From the NCBI GenBank assembly GCA_963833095.1, contig CAWHWQ010000002.1, positions 224,001 to 288,000 on the forward strand: a DNA stretch of 64,000 bases, written 5' to 3'. How positions within the stretch are numbered: position 1 is the first letter of the stretch; the number at the start of each line of letters is the position of its first letter. Source of the stretch: Vulcanimicrobiota bacterium. GTDB lineage: Bacteria > Vulcanimicrobiota > Vulcanimicrobiia > Vulcanimicrobiales > Vulcanimicrobiaceae. The notes beneath the pieces are model-generated. The model saw only the letters and a program-made list of their open reading frames with translations. It had not been told where the DNA came from and searched no databases. Shown here one piece after another: positions 49,390-57,768 of the stretch. The position numbers were made by a program, and so were the translations under genes.

Positions 49390-49718
49390 GATTGCCCATC
49401 CTTTACGGTCACGGTGCCTTTCATGAAAGGATGCAACTCACAGAAGTAGTGATATGTCCCGGCGTGCGTGAACGTATGGCTCCAGGATCCGTCCGTGTCC
49501 ATGCCTTTCGAGTCGAACGACCCGTCGGTCGCGGTGACGGTGTGAGCATCGTCGTCGTTGTTGACGAACCGTACCGTATCACCGGTGTGGATCGTGATGT
49601 TTGGCGGCATATACGCATCGCCGTGGAGATGCACGGTGACGACGGGACTCGCCGCGGCTCCGTGCGCAAGGACGGGCGCGAGCGCGAGAAGCGCGAGGCC
49701 GATCAGAAAGTGTTTCAT
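49386..49718 (-). CDS. cupredoxin (amicyanin/plastocyanin-like)
   Basis: Signal peptide; N.DDDAHTVT, YFCELHPFM type-1 Cu ligands. Confidence 0.93.
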   Translation of the reverse strand: MKHFLIGLALLALAPVLAHGAAASPVVTVHLHGDAYMPPNITIHTGDTVRFVNNDDDAHTVTATDGSFDSKGMDTDGSWSHTFTHAGTYHYFCELHPFMKGTVTVKDGQS

Positions 49719-49753
49719 ATCCGGTATATGCCGCCCGAGCGCTAACGGTTCGC
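49719..49753 (-). promoter_or_regulatory. ECF-type promoter motif, copy 1
   Basis: GCGAACCG-N10-GGCGGCATATAC-N5-ATG. Confidence 0.75.
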
Positions 49754-50128
49754 CGAGGCCGGATTCGCCTGATCGTTGGGCGCCATCCAGGCCGAACCGT
49801 CGGCAAACAGGACCGATGCGACGTTGCAGCTGGCCTCGTCCCCGTACATTTCCCCTCGGAATGTGTGTGCGATAGCGACGCCCGGCGAGAAAGTGCCGCG
49901 ATCGACGATCGTCGTCTTCTTGCCGTCCTCGGAAACGTCGAATGCGACGGAAGAGATCGGCGTCGGCCCATTGTTGACGAACCGGATGTTTAGAAGGGTG
50001 CCGAAGACTTGATACGTTGGGGCATCGCCCGACGAGGACTCAGCGACCTCAGTATTGACTGAGCAGGTTGAGATCTGCACGGGGTTTGTAAGCGCAAGCG
50101 CAAGTGTGACTGCTGGTAGTGTAATCAT
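49742..50128 (-). CDS. secreted hypothetical protein
   Basis: Short signal; I.F.N, DRGTFSPG, C.V..V.FADGSAW. Confidence 0.75.
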   Translation of the reverse strand: MITLPAVTLALALTNPVQISTCSVNTEVAESSSGDAPTYQVFGTLLNIRFVNNGPTPISSVAFDVSEDGKKTTIVDRGTFSPGVAIAHTFRGEMYGDEASCNVASVLFADGSAWMAPNDQANPASANR

Positions 50129-50163
50129 GACCAGTATATGCCGCCGCGCGCCGTTCGGTTCGC
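50129..50163 (-). promoter_or_regulatory. ECF-type promoter motif, copy 2
   Basis: Same GCGAACCG-N10-GGCGGCATATAC-N5-ATG architecture. Confidence 0.75.
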
Positions 50164-50167
50164 ATTT

Positions 50168-51079
50168 CTATGCCACGACCGGAAAAATTGCGATGAACGA
50201 CGCGCCTTTTTCGCGTTCGTCGAGTGCAAGCGTCCCCTCATGCGCGCGCGCAACCCAATGCGCGATTGCGAGTCCGAGCCCACTTCCACCCGCGCTGCCG
50301 CTGACGAAGCGCTCGAACAAACGCTCGCGCAACTCGGGAACGACGCCTTCACCGTCATCGCTCACCCGCAAGGTGGCGCGGCCGGCGTCGACGCCGGTCG
50401 CCACTGTGACGCACGATGCCGCATGACGTATCCCGTTTTCGAGCAGATTGCGGAGCAATTCTTGCAGACGCCGCGCGTCGCCGTCGACGATCGCGGGCTC
50501 CAGCTTTACGACGAGCTCGATGTCACGCTCGCGCGCGCGTGCCTCGAGTTCACGGACACACCGCTGCGCGATTGCTGCCAAATCGACCGGCTCACGTTGG
50601 AGTAGCGCGGGTTTGGGTGAGCGTGCCAGCGTGAGCAGATCGCCCACCATGGCGCTTGCTTCGAGCGCTGTCTTGGCAATCGTATCGAACATATCGTGCA
50701 ACTGCTTTGGATCTTGGTCCCCGCGCGCCGCCTGCGCGACGGAGGCGATGGTCGCCAGCGGCGAACGCAATTCGTGGGCAGCATCAGCAATAAACGCGCG
50801 CTCGCGCTCTTGGGCCGCAAACAGGGGGCGCAGCGACAGTTGCGCGAGACCCCACGCGGCAAAGCCAACCAGGACGAGCAGCGGCACGTCGGCCGCGACG
50901 ATCTCAAGCGCGACCCGGCGCATGTCCTGCGCGTAGACGCTTGCGCCCTCCGGCGTCGAAAGCGCCGGAAGAAGTAAGCTGTGATATTGAGTCGCCAGCA
51001 CGAAGTAGAGCGCGAAGGATGCGGCCGCAAGGACTACCGTGAAGATCGCGAGATACGCTCCGACCAGCCGCGCGATCAC
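50168..51079 (-). CDS. sensor histidine kinase with a very short extracytoplasmic loop
   Basis: Two TMs, DAAHELRSPL H-box, NLLENG, DDGEG, GSGLGLAI. Confidence 0.93.
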   Translation of the reverse strand: MIARLVGAYLAIFTVVLAAASFALYFVLATQYHSLLLPALSTPEGASVYAQDMRRVALEIVAADVPLLVLVGFAAWGLAQLSLRPLFAAQERERAFIADAAHELRSPLATIASVAQAARGDQDPKQLHDMFDTIAKTALEASAMVGDLLTLARSPKPALLQREPVDLAAIAQRCVRELEARARERDIELVVKLEPAIVDGDARRLQELLRNLLENGIRHAASCVTVATGVDAGRATLRVSDDGEGVVPELRERLFERFVSGSAGGSGLGLAIAHWVARAHEGTLALDEREKGASFIAIFPVVA

Positions 51080-51744
51080 TTCTCGAACTTATACCCGACG
51101 CCCCACACCGTGGTGATCACGTCGCCGGCACCGGCTTTTTTCAGTTTGCGTCGTAGCTGGCTGACGTAGACATCCACGATATTGCTCGACCCTTCGAACT
51201 CATAATCCCAGATGCGCTCGAGCAAGTCCGCGCGGGTAAACGCAATTCCCGCGTTGCGAGCAAGAAACTCCAACAGGCGAAACTCGGTAGCACCCAGATC
51301 AATCGCTCGTCCGTCGAAAGCGACGCTTCGCGCCGACACGTCGACCACCAGAGGCCCCGCAGTGACGCGATCGATAATCGGCCGCGGCGCGCGCCGCGCG
51401 ATTGCGCGCAAGCGTGCAACGAGCTCCTCCTCGGCAAACGGTTTTACGAGATAGTCGTCGGCCCCGCAGTCCAAACCGGTGACGCGATCTTCGATACCAT
51501 CGCGTGCGGTCAACATCAAGATCGGCGTGGTGATACTGAGCGCGCGAGCCCGGCGCGCAATCTCGAAGCCATCGCGATGAGGGAGGCCAACGTCGAGGAT
51601 CGCCGCGTCGTAGGCGTCGCGCAAGAGAAAATCGAGGCCCGCATCGCCGTCGGTGGCAATGTCTACCGCGTACTTGCGCCGTTCGAGCATCGCACGCACC
51701 GCGTTTGCAACCGGCAGACTGTCCTCGACGACAAGGATGCGCAT
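51076..51744 (-). CDS. OmpR-family response regulator
   Basis: RILVVED, LMLTAR, GADDYLVKPF, SNIVDVYV..LRRKL, TVWGVGY. Confidence 0.95.
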   Translation of the reverse strand: MRILVVEDSLPVANAVRAMLERRKYAVDIATDGDAGLDFLLRDAYDAAILDVGLPHRDGFEIARRARALSITTPILMLTARDGIEDRVTGLDCGADDYLVKPFAEEELVARLRAIARRAPRPIIDRVTAGPLVVDVSARSVAFDGRAIDLGATEFRLLEFLARNAGIAFTRADLLERIWDYEFEGSSNIVDVYVSQLRRKLKKAGAGDVITTVWGVGYKFEK

Positions 51745-51748
51745 AGAT

Positions 51749-52870
51749 TCAGAGATTCGGCGGCCAGGGAAAAGCTACTGTTAGCGCTCCCCCAAAGCTG
51801 CCCGTGCCCCCGATCGTCTGCACTTGCTGGAACAGTATGCGCGCATGCTTGAACAGCATGAACGCGCCATAGTATGTGACGTCCCGCGTAATGATGGGAT
51901 TCTGGTAGGCATCGTACCGCACGGCGAGATACGCGTGATCGCCGTCACCGACATAGTATTTCGCGCGCAAATAGCCGCCCGAGCTCCCGACAAGCGTACC
52001 GAAGCCGTCGGCATCGAAGTCACGCCCAAACCACTGCTCGCCCTGGAGTTGAAGCTGGCCGGCCGCAAACGATGTCCAAAAGCCGCCACGGGTGTATCCA
52101 TCGTCGAAGGGCGCCTTGCCGTTGAGTACGATCCGGCGCGTGCCTTCAAGACCCTCCACGCCGAAGACGAACGGCCCGCTGAGGACATGCGCGAAGAGCC
52201 CAACTTCGGGTGTTTGCGCGGACGTCGTTTCCCCGGTTGGAACCGGAGCGCCGCCGTACGCTGCGCCTTTGAACTCTCCCGTGTCCAAAACCGCATCGAC
52301 GACGGCGTTTCCGATTGTGCGCTCCACCTGCGCTCCGTAGCGTGGTGAAGACAGTGGCAAATCGTTGAGGCCTACGTGCGCGCCGTAGTAGCCGTATTGC
52401 TGCAAATCGTCTAAGCGTTGCCCCGGCGACTGTGACAGCGGGAGTTCGAAAAGGCCGGCGCGATAGAGCGTCTGCGTATGTCCGTTGTACGTCGCAAGAT
52501 AGCCCAAATACAGGCCTGCGGGACCGCCCTGCGCGCCCAAATTGTAGTGCACGAACGCACTGATCTTGCCGAAATCGAAGTTGCTGAGCACGATGCCGCC
52601 CGGGGTGTAGCGCGGGCCGTTCACCGGATCGACTTGATATTGCAGCTGGTAGCGAATCGCTATTCCGGTCGTTCCGTGGCGCGGCAGCGGCAGTTGATAG
52701 CCGTGCTCGCGAAAGGAGCGACCGAACGCATTGAGTTCGGGGATGACCGTGTGGCATTGTTCGCATTGGAACTGATAGCGCTGCGCATAGAGCGGGATCG
52801 CGGACGCAGGTTCGGCGCACGCGAAACCCGCGCACATCGCTACGATCGCGATGAGCAGTTTACTTGGCAA
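51749..52870 (-). CDS. Cyc2/ExtI-like monoheme cytochrome c fused to a beta-barrel
   Basis: Signal ..PASA then IPLYAQRYQFQCEQCHTVIPELNAFGRSFREHGY (CxxCH, PxL, GxxFxxxGY), followed by alternating aromatic beta-strands. Confidence 0.75.
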   Translation of the reverse strand: MPSKLLIAIVAMCAGFACAEPASAIPLYAQRYQFQCEQCHTVIPELNAFGRSFREHGYQLPLPRHGTTGIAIRYQLQYQVDPVNGPRYTPGGIVLSNFDFGKISAFVHYNLGAQGGPAGLYLGYLATYNGHTQTLYRAGLFELPLSQSPGQRLDDLQQYGYYGAHVGLNDLPLSSPRYGAQVERTIGNAVVDAVLDTGEFKGAAYGGAPVPTGETTSAQTPEVGLFAHVLSGPFVFGVEGLEGTRRIVLNGKAPFDDGYTRGGFWTSFAAGQLQLQGEQWFGRDFDADGFGTLVGSSGGYLRAKYYVGDGDHAYLAVRYDAYQNPIITRDVTYYGAFMLFKHARILFQQVQTIGGTGSFGGALTVAFPWPPNL

Positions 52871-53315
52871 CGATCACCCCTCGCATGCCGCCGCTGTAGT
52901 GAAAGAAGCAGCCGAAGAAATACGTGCCGGGCGCATCGGCGATGAAGACGCCCGAGGATTGTCCGGCTTGGAGCGTTCCCGCTCCCCAGCTGCCCGAGAT
53001 ATCCGCGGTGCTACTGGGCTGTAAGGCCGTCGACGAGAACGGCGATTGCGCCGGGAAGGTGGTCGCGCCCGGAATCGCCGTGACGGTGTGCGAGGTGTTG
53101 TCGACGTTGACGAAGCGCACGCCCGATCCAACCGGGATCGTGGCGACTTCGGGCGAGAAACCAAGGCCAGTCCCGCCCGGCGTTGTCTGCGCGCCGAATG
53201 CCGCGATGCTAACGTCGACCGTCGTAATGCTTGTCGCACCCGAACCGCCGCTTGCACCGGTAAGCTCGCCACCCGCAGTACATCCGCTTAGTAGCAGCAG
53301 CGCTAGCCACCTCAT
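52860..53315 (-). CDS. cupredoxin lipoprotein (type-1 copper)
   Basis: LLSG-C lipobox; NTSHTVT ... GCFFHYSGGM ligands. Confidence 0.88.
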   Translation of the reverse strand: MRWLALLLLSGCTAGGELTGASGGSGATSITTVDVSIAAFGAQTTPGGTGLGFSPEVATIPVGSGVRFVNVDNTSHTVTAIPGATTFPAQSPFSSTALQPSSTADISGSWGAGTLQAGQSSGVFIADAPGTYFFGCFFHYSGGMRGVIVAK

Positions 53316-53818
53316 GAATGTTGTCTCGGCAACATGGTGCCGGCCACTCGGCCGTCGCTGCCGAGCACCGTGATGAAGGTGGTGTGCGCTTCCGCGTACC
53401 CATCTTTATCGCGCGCTACTCCGACCCCGAACTCGTGCATCAACTGATGCACCGATACGACATCACCGCCGGCGATGAGCCAATACGAAGGGTCGGCATC
53501 GAACGTGTGGGCAATGCGCACGAGATCGGCGTGCGTATCGCGTTCGGGGTCCAGCGTAATCGTCAAAAAGCGCAGATTGCCGTGCTCGCTTTTCTGGCGC
53601 TTCGCTGCAGCGGCAACCTGAGATTCGATAAGTGGACATACACCGTCGCAGTGCGCTGAAATGAACGTGACGATGAGCGGGCGCCCGCGTAGGTCATCGA
53701 GGGTGAAGTGTCGCCCGAGTTGATCGATCAGCTCCGGTGAGCGCTGAGCATGCTGTCCGCCGCGCGCCGCGGCGACCGCAACGATCAGTGCCGCGGCGGC
53801 GGCGAACATGCTGCGCAT
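53312..53818 (-). CDS. SCO1/SenC copper chaperone
   Basis: LIDQLG, CDGVCP (CxxxC), ITLDPERDT, conserved His (AHTT). Confidence 0.9.
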   Translation of the reverse strand: MRSMFAAAAALIVAVAAARGGQHAQRSPELIDQLGRHFTLDDLRGRPLIVTFISAHCDGVCPLIESQVAAAAKRQKSEHGNLRFLTITLDPERDTHADLVRIAHTFDADPSYWLIAGGDVVSVHQLMHEFGVGVARDKDGYAEAHTTFITVLGSDGRVAGTMLPRQHS

Positions 53819-53819
53819 G

Positions 53820-54392
53820 TTAGCGCGGATTCCGGCTATGGATGTACGTGATGGGCGGCGCCGTCGGGCCGGATGTGGCGGCCGCAGGGAGCGCTGTGCT
53901 CCATGTCCCGCCGAAGCTCGTGATGCCGTTTCCGTTGTCCTGTCCCGAAGCAGAGTCGCCGCTGTACTCATAGAGTGGTGCGCCGCTATTGGCCCATTGC
54001 AGCGTTCCGTCGCCGCGCGTGATGATGGTAAACGACGTTCCCGCTGGGACAGTGGTTCCGGCAGGTGCCGCGTACGGCGGCCACACGCCGGTGCACCCAT
54101 TTGACGCTGTGCAATTCGAGACGCCGCTTGTATCGGCGCCGAACACGTAGAGTGTGTGTCCGTTCTGGCCTACGAGAACCATCGTGCTACCGACCGTCGC
54201 CGTTTGGGGCATGCTCGGCGGGTTGGTCGCTGCGGTCGTCGGGGCCGTGGTTGGCGACGTAGTCGGTGCCGTGGTCGGCGCAGTCGTCGCGGGTGTTCCC
54301 GTAAACGGCGTACCGCTGCTGCTTCCGCCACCACCGCAGGCTGCAAGCGTCGCGACAAGCGCGAATCCTGCGAATAAAGCTGCGCGTTGCAT
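53820..54392 (-). CDS. COG4315-type (Lipoprotein_15) lipoprotein
   Basis: LAA-C lipobox, TTAP repeats, GHTLYVF..C...C..VWPP, Q...G.PLY..GD..G..NG. Confidence 0.85.
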   Translation of the reverse strand: MQRAALFAGFALVATLAACGGGGSSSGTPFTGTPATTAPTTAPTTSPTTAPTTAATNPPSMPQTATVGSTMVLVGQNGHTLYVFGADTSGVSNCTASNGCTGVWPPYAAPAGTTVPAGTSFTIITRGDGTLQWANSGAPLYEYSGDSASGQDNGNGITSFGGTWSTALPAAATSGPTAPPITYIHSRNPR

Positions 54393-54445
54393 ATTAAAAA
54401 GAGCCTCCAATGAAGTGTTGAGGCTCGCAGCGTACCGGTCAGTTC

Positions 54446-54461
54446 TGAAGAAAGTGTAAAG
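54446..54461 (-). promoter_or_regulatory. candidate OmpR-family binding box, copy 1
   Basis: CTTTACACTTTCTTCA, 11 nt before a TACGCT -10-like hexamer; 15/16 match at 57330. Confidence 0.6.
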
Positions 54462-54473
54462 TCGTTTTACGGA

Positions 54474-55286
54474 TTACGGCGCGGCGATCGCGTTGCGCAT
54501 TTCAATCGCTAGACCATGAAGCGCGGGATCGTCGCTTGCATCGGCGGCAGCGCGGTCGAAGCACGAGCGAGCAGCCGGGCGATCCCCCTGATGGAGTAAC
54601 ACCGTACCAAGTGCAAACCGCGCTCGCGCGTAGTTTGGGGCGAGCGCCAGTGCCGCTTGAAATTCGCGCAGCGCGTCGGCGTAGGCGCCGGCGCGTACCT
54701 CGGTGAGGCCGAGATCGTAGTGCGCGACTGCATACTGAGGATCGTTTTGCAAGAGCTTGGAAAAATCGTCACGCGCCGCGCCGAGGTCACCGCTTTGCAG
54801 CGCGACCAGGCCGCGCGCATAGAGCGCGCGTGCCGAGTCGGGCGCAAGCGCAACGAAACGATTGGCCACCGTACGAGCAGCGGCCAGATCGCCGCGGCTC
54901 ACGTCGACGGCGATCAAGTTCGCCATAGCAGCAAGAAAGCCGGGATCGAGCGCAATCGCTCGCTCGAACGAACGAGCCGCATCGCCGTACGCAGCACTCT
55001 GTGCCTGCGCTATTCCTAAATCGTATGCCGCGGTCGAACCTTGCGGTTCGCGCGGACCCAGCGCCAGGATGCGCGTAAACTCCGCGCTTGCATCGTTCCA
55101 CCGATGCGCGTCGAGCGCAGCAAGGCCCAGATGAAAGCGTTCGATGATTTCACGCTGCACCGCTTGCGCGTGCATCGTTGCGGGCGAGGTACTGCGGGGC
55201 AGCGGCGATGCACCGTACGTTTGCGCAACGGCCGGGCTCGCAACGAACGCAAACGCGGCCGCGATTATAAACCAACGCGGACGCAT
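54474..55286 (-). CDS. secreted tetratricopeptide-repeat protein
   Basis: Signal peptide; repeated A.Y.LG....A...F..A..L.P units. Confidence 0.88.
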   Translation of the reverse strand: MRPRWFIIAAAFAFVASPAVAQTYGASPLPRSTSPATMHAQAVQREIIERFHLGLAALDAHRWNDASAEFTRILALGPREPQGSTAAYDLGIAQAQSAAYGDAARSFERAIALDPGFLAAMANLIAVDVSRGDLAAARTVANRFVALAPDSARALYARGLVALQSGDLGAARDDFSKLLQNDPQYAVAHYDLGLTEVRAGAYADALREFQAALALAPNYARARFALGTVLLHQGDRPAARSCFDRAAADASDDPALHGLAIEMRNAIAAP

Positions 55287-55292
55287 TGGAAT

Positions 55293-55544
55293 CTAGCGCC
55301 GTAACCCGAGTGGAAGTTCCGCGCTCATCGCGTTCTTCGATGCGGCGGCTTGTTCGGGACGGCACAACCATCCGACGCGGCCGTCTTCGTTGATCGCACC
55401 GAGCAGAGGAGCCTGTGATGAAGGCACGAGCATGTCCGAACTTGCCGTTAGAACACCCGCCTCGACATAGGCGTAGCGCAGGCTTACTGCCGCGAGGAGC
55501 AGTAGACCCGCCAGGGCCAATCGAGCAACGAGGCGGCTGAACAT
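55293..55544 (-). CDS. small membrane/secreted hypothetical protein
   Basis: Hydrophobic N-terminus; TATACT 7 nt upstream of ATG. Confidence 0.55.
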   Translation of the reverse strand: MFSRLVARLALAGLLLLAAVSLRYAYVEAGVLTASSDMLVPSSQAPLLGAINEDGRVGWLCRPEQAAASKNAMSAELPLGLRR

Positions 55545-55577
55545 CAGGATCAGTATAGACCAAAACCTGAGGAATCG

Positions 55578-57335
55578 ATGAAGCGCTCGTGTCTCGCATG
55601 GGCTACTAAGAGTGTGCTCTGCGCATTTTTGCTACCGCTCCTGGGCGCCGCACCGGCGCCGCTGGTCGTCGGGAGCGTGCGCGACCAAGAAGGCGCCCCC
55701 ATTGCTGGAGCACGGGTGCGGTTGGTCGGTTCGCCGGCATCGGGCGTCCAAACCGCTGCCGACGGCACCTTCGCGATCGAAGGAGGCGGGAACGCGGTGC
55801 AGATCCGCTGCGATTACTGCCGCCCGACCCAGGCTCCGGTTGCAGCTGACGGCACAGTTACCGCCGTGGTGCAGCGCTACGACGCAGTTCGCTTGGAGGG
55901 GCCTAGTCCAAGCGATGTGCGCAGTCTGCCCTACACCCATGCAGAATCGGACGTCGCGTTAACGCCGTTCGTCGTGCTCGAGGAGAGTACGAACCCGCTC
56001 CTCGGCGCCTCGCTGCGCGACCGCAGCGTCACCACTATCGGCGGATTGCTCGTGCTCGACGGTGTGCCGGATTACAACAGCGCGGTCGGGCTCTCGACGT
56101 TTTCGACGATTTCGTATGACAGCGCCGCGAACGTCGAGGTCGAACGCGCACCTCAGGGATACGAGTACGGCGACATCGCGAATTCGGGAACGTTTTCGAT
56201 CGACACGATCGGAGGCACCACGTCGTTCGCCGGGGGATCGAACACGATTGCTACGCTGGATGCAAACGGCCTAGGAGCCGGCTATTCTTCGGCTCCGCTT
56301 GACACGCGCAGTCGCATCGCCGCGCAAATTTCGGTTCCGGTGACGAATGCGTCGGCGCAAATTGCCCTCGCCAGCGGATCGGGCAACGTCAGCGGCGGTA
56401 ACGACAATCCACTGCAAAGCGCGTTCTCATCGCTTCACCTCTCCTACGAGCGCACGGCCGGGACCGACCTGTACGCCAGCTTTATCGCCGACCGCGGCAC
56501 CGATGCGTACACCTCTCCACACTACGGGTTGGATGACGCGTGGTCCGACGTTGACGCGCGGGTCGGCGTGCGCTCGCACGCTGTTGTTGCGCCCTTTGCA
56601 GAGATCGACGCACGCGAAAGCAGCGGCTGGTATTGGTCGCCGGCGCAAACACCCTATGTTGCAGGCGTCATCGATCAGCTGCGCGCCTACGCCGGCGTCA
56701 GCGCGAACCTGCCGTGGTATTCCGCGACGGTCGCGTACGGCGCCGACGCAATCCACTTCACCAATCGCTACCCCGGTGGAGCCAGTAGCGCGCTAGCCGG
56801 GCACGACGCGTCGGCATCGATCGACGTGCATCCAAGCCCCGTCTGGGATCTGGCCGCAAGCACGAGTTCGGGATACGTGCTCCAAACCGTCGTCGGCTAC
56901 TACGAGGCCAGCGACAACGACTATCCGCCCTCAAACCTGGTCAGTACCGACGAACTCGATCTCACGTTCCACGACTTGGCGCGTCTGCGCATCGGCTTGA
57001 CGACCTTCGGCACGCGCAGCACCTCAGGCGTCAACGATGCCAGCACCGGTGCACAGCTCGCCTGGCAAATCGCGCCGACCGTGAGTCTGCGCACGTGGTG
57101 GCTCGACGTGAATACGCATACCGCAGGTTCTGCGAGCGTCGGTTCGGCGTGGTTGACGGCCGTCAGCGGTGTCGTGCGCATCGATGTGATCTGGCGGCGC
57201 GATTTGCTCGATCTTGCCGGTGATGCACATCTCGATGGATCGATTAGCGGTCCAATCGGCGTCCGCACGCATTGGTTTGCACAAACCGAACAATTTGCAC
57301 ACACGCGCGTAACAGACGTAGGTATTCGCCTTTAG
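55578..57335 (+). CDS. carboxypeptidase-regulatory-like domain plus degenerate TonB-receptor-like beta-barrel
   Basis: GSVRDQEGAPIAGARV..T.ADGTF; LVLDGVP plug-like motif; terminal beta-strand VGIRL. Confidence 0.65.
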   Translation: MKRSCLAWATKSVLCAFLLPLLGAAPAPLVVGSVRDQEGAPIAGARVRLVGSPASGVQTAADGTFAIEGGGNAVQIRCDYCRPTQAPVAADGTVTAVVQRYDAVRLEGPSPSDVRSLPYTHAESDVALTPFVVLEESTNPLLGASLRDRSVTTIGGLLVLDGVPDYNSAVGLSTFSTISYDSAANVEVERAPQGYEYGDIANSGTFSIDTIGGTTSFAGGSNTIATLDANGLGAGYSSAPLDTRSRIAAQISVPVTNASAQIALASGSGNVSGGNDNPLQSAFSSLHLSYERTAGTDLYASFIADRGTDAYTSPHYGLDDAWSDVDARVGVRSHAVVAPFAEIDARESSGWYWSPAQTPYVAGVIDQLRAYAGVSANLPWYSATVAYGADAIHFTNRYPGGASSALAGHDASASIDVHPSPVWDLAASTSSGYVLQTVVGYYEASDNDYPPSNLVSTDELDLTFHDLARLRIGLTTFGTRSTSGVNDASTGAQLAWQIAPTVSLRTWWLDVNTHTAGSASVGSAWLTAVSGVVRIDVIWRRDLLDLAGDAHLDGSISGPIGVRTHWFAQTEQFAHTRVTDVGIRL

Positions 57336-57345
57336 ACTTTCTTCA
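57330..57345 (+). promoter_or_regulatory. candidate OmpR-family binding box, copy 2
   Basis: CTTTAGACTTTCTTCA, 23 nt upstream of the ATG at 57369. Confidence 0.55.
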
Positions 57346-57368
57346 TTCTTTCCGCAGATCGTGGAAGC

Positions 57369-57764
57369 ATGAAGCAACTTGCACTTACTCTCACGCTCCT
57401 TGCCGCGTTCGCAGTCCCCGCGGTGAGTCAAGAGCCTTCCACAATAAATATACCCATGCATGCGCTCAACGGGAGCGGCGAAGACGGTATGGCAACCGTC
57501 ACTCAGGGAACCGGCGGAATCAACGTCGTCGTCAATCTATCGGATGCATCTGATGTGTCGCAACCAACGCATATTCACATCGGGACGTGCGGCGCGATCA
57601 ACAAATCGCCGGAATACGCGCTACGCGACACGGTCGGCGGCAAAGGCGATTCGTTCGTGGCAGGCGTCAACCTCAGCGACCTGCTCAAAGGGCACTACGC
57701 GATCAACGTGCACAAGAGCGGCACGGATCTTGGCACCTACGTCTCGTGCGGAAATATCCGCTAA
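57369..57764 (+). CDS. secreted CHRD/Cu,Zn-SOD-like His-motif protein
   Basis: Signal peptide; QPTHIHIGTC, AINVHKS, VSCGNI. Confidence 0.75.
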   Translation: MKQLALTLTLLAAFAVPAVSQEPSTINIPMHALNGSGEDGMATVTQGTGGINVVVNLSDASDVSQPTHIHIGTCGAINKSPEYALRDTVGGKGDSFVAGVNLSDLLKGHYAINVHKSGTDLGTYVSCGNIR

Positions 57765-57768
57765 GAGA

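Noticed and set aside
54215..54300. Short tandem repeats in the COG4315 lipoprotein gene
   Set aside because: They encode an ordinary TTAP low-complexity linker.
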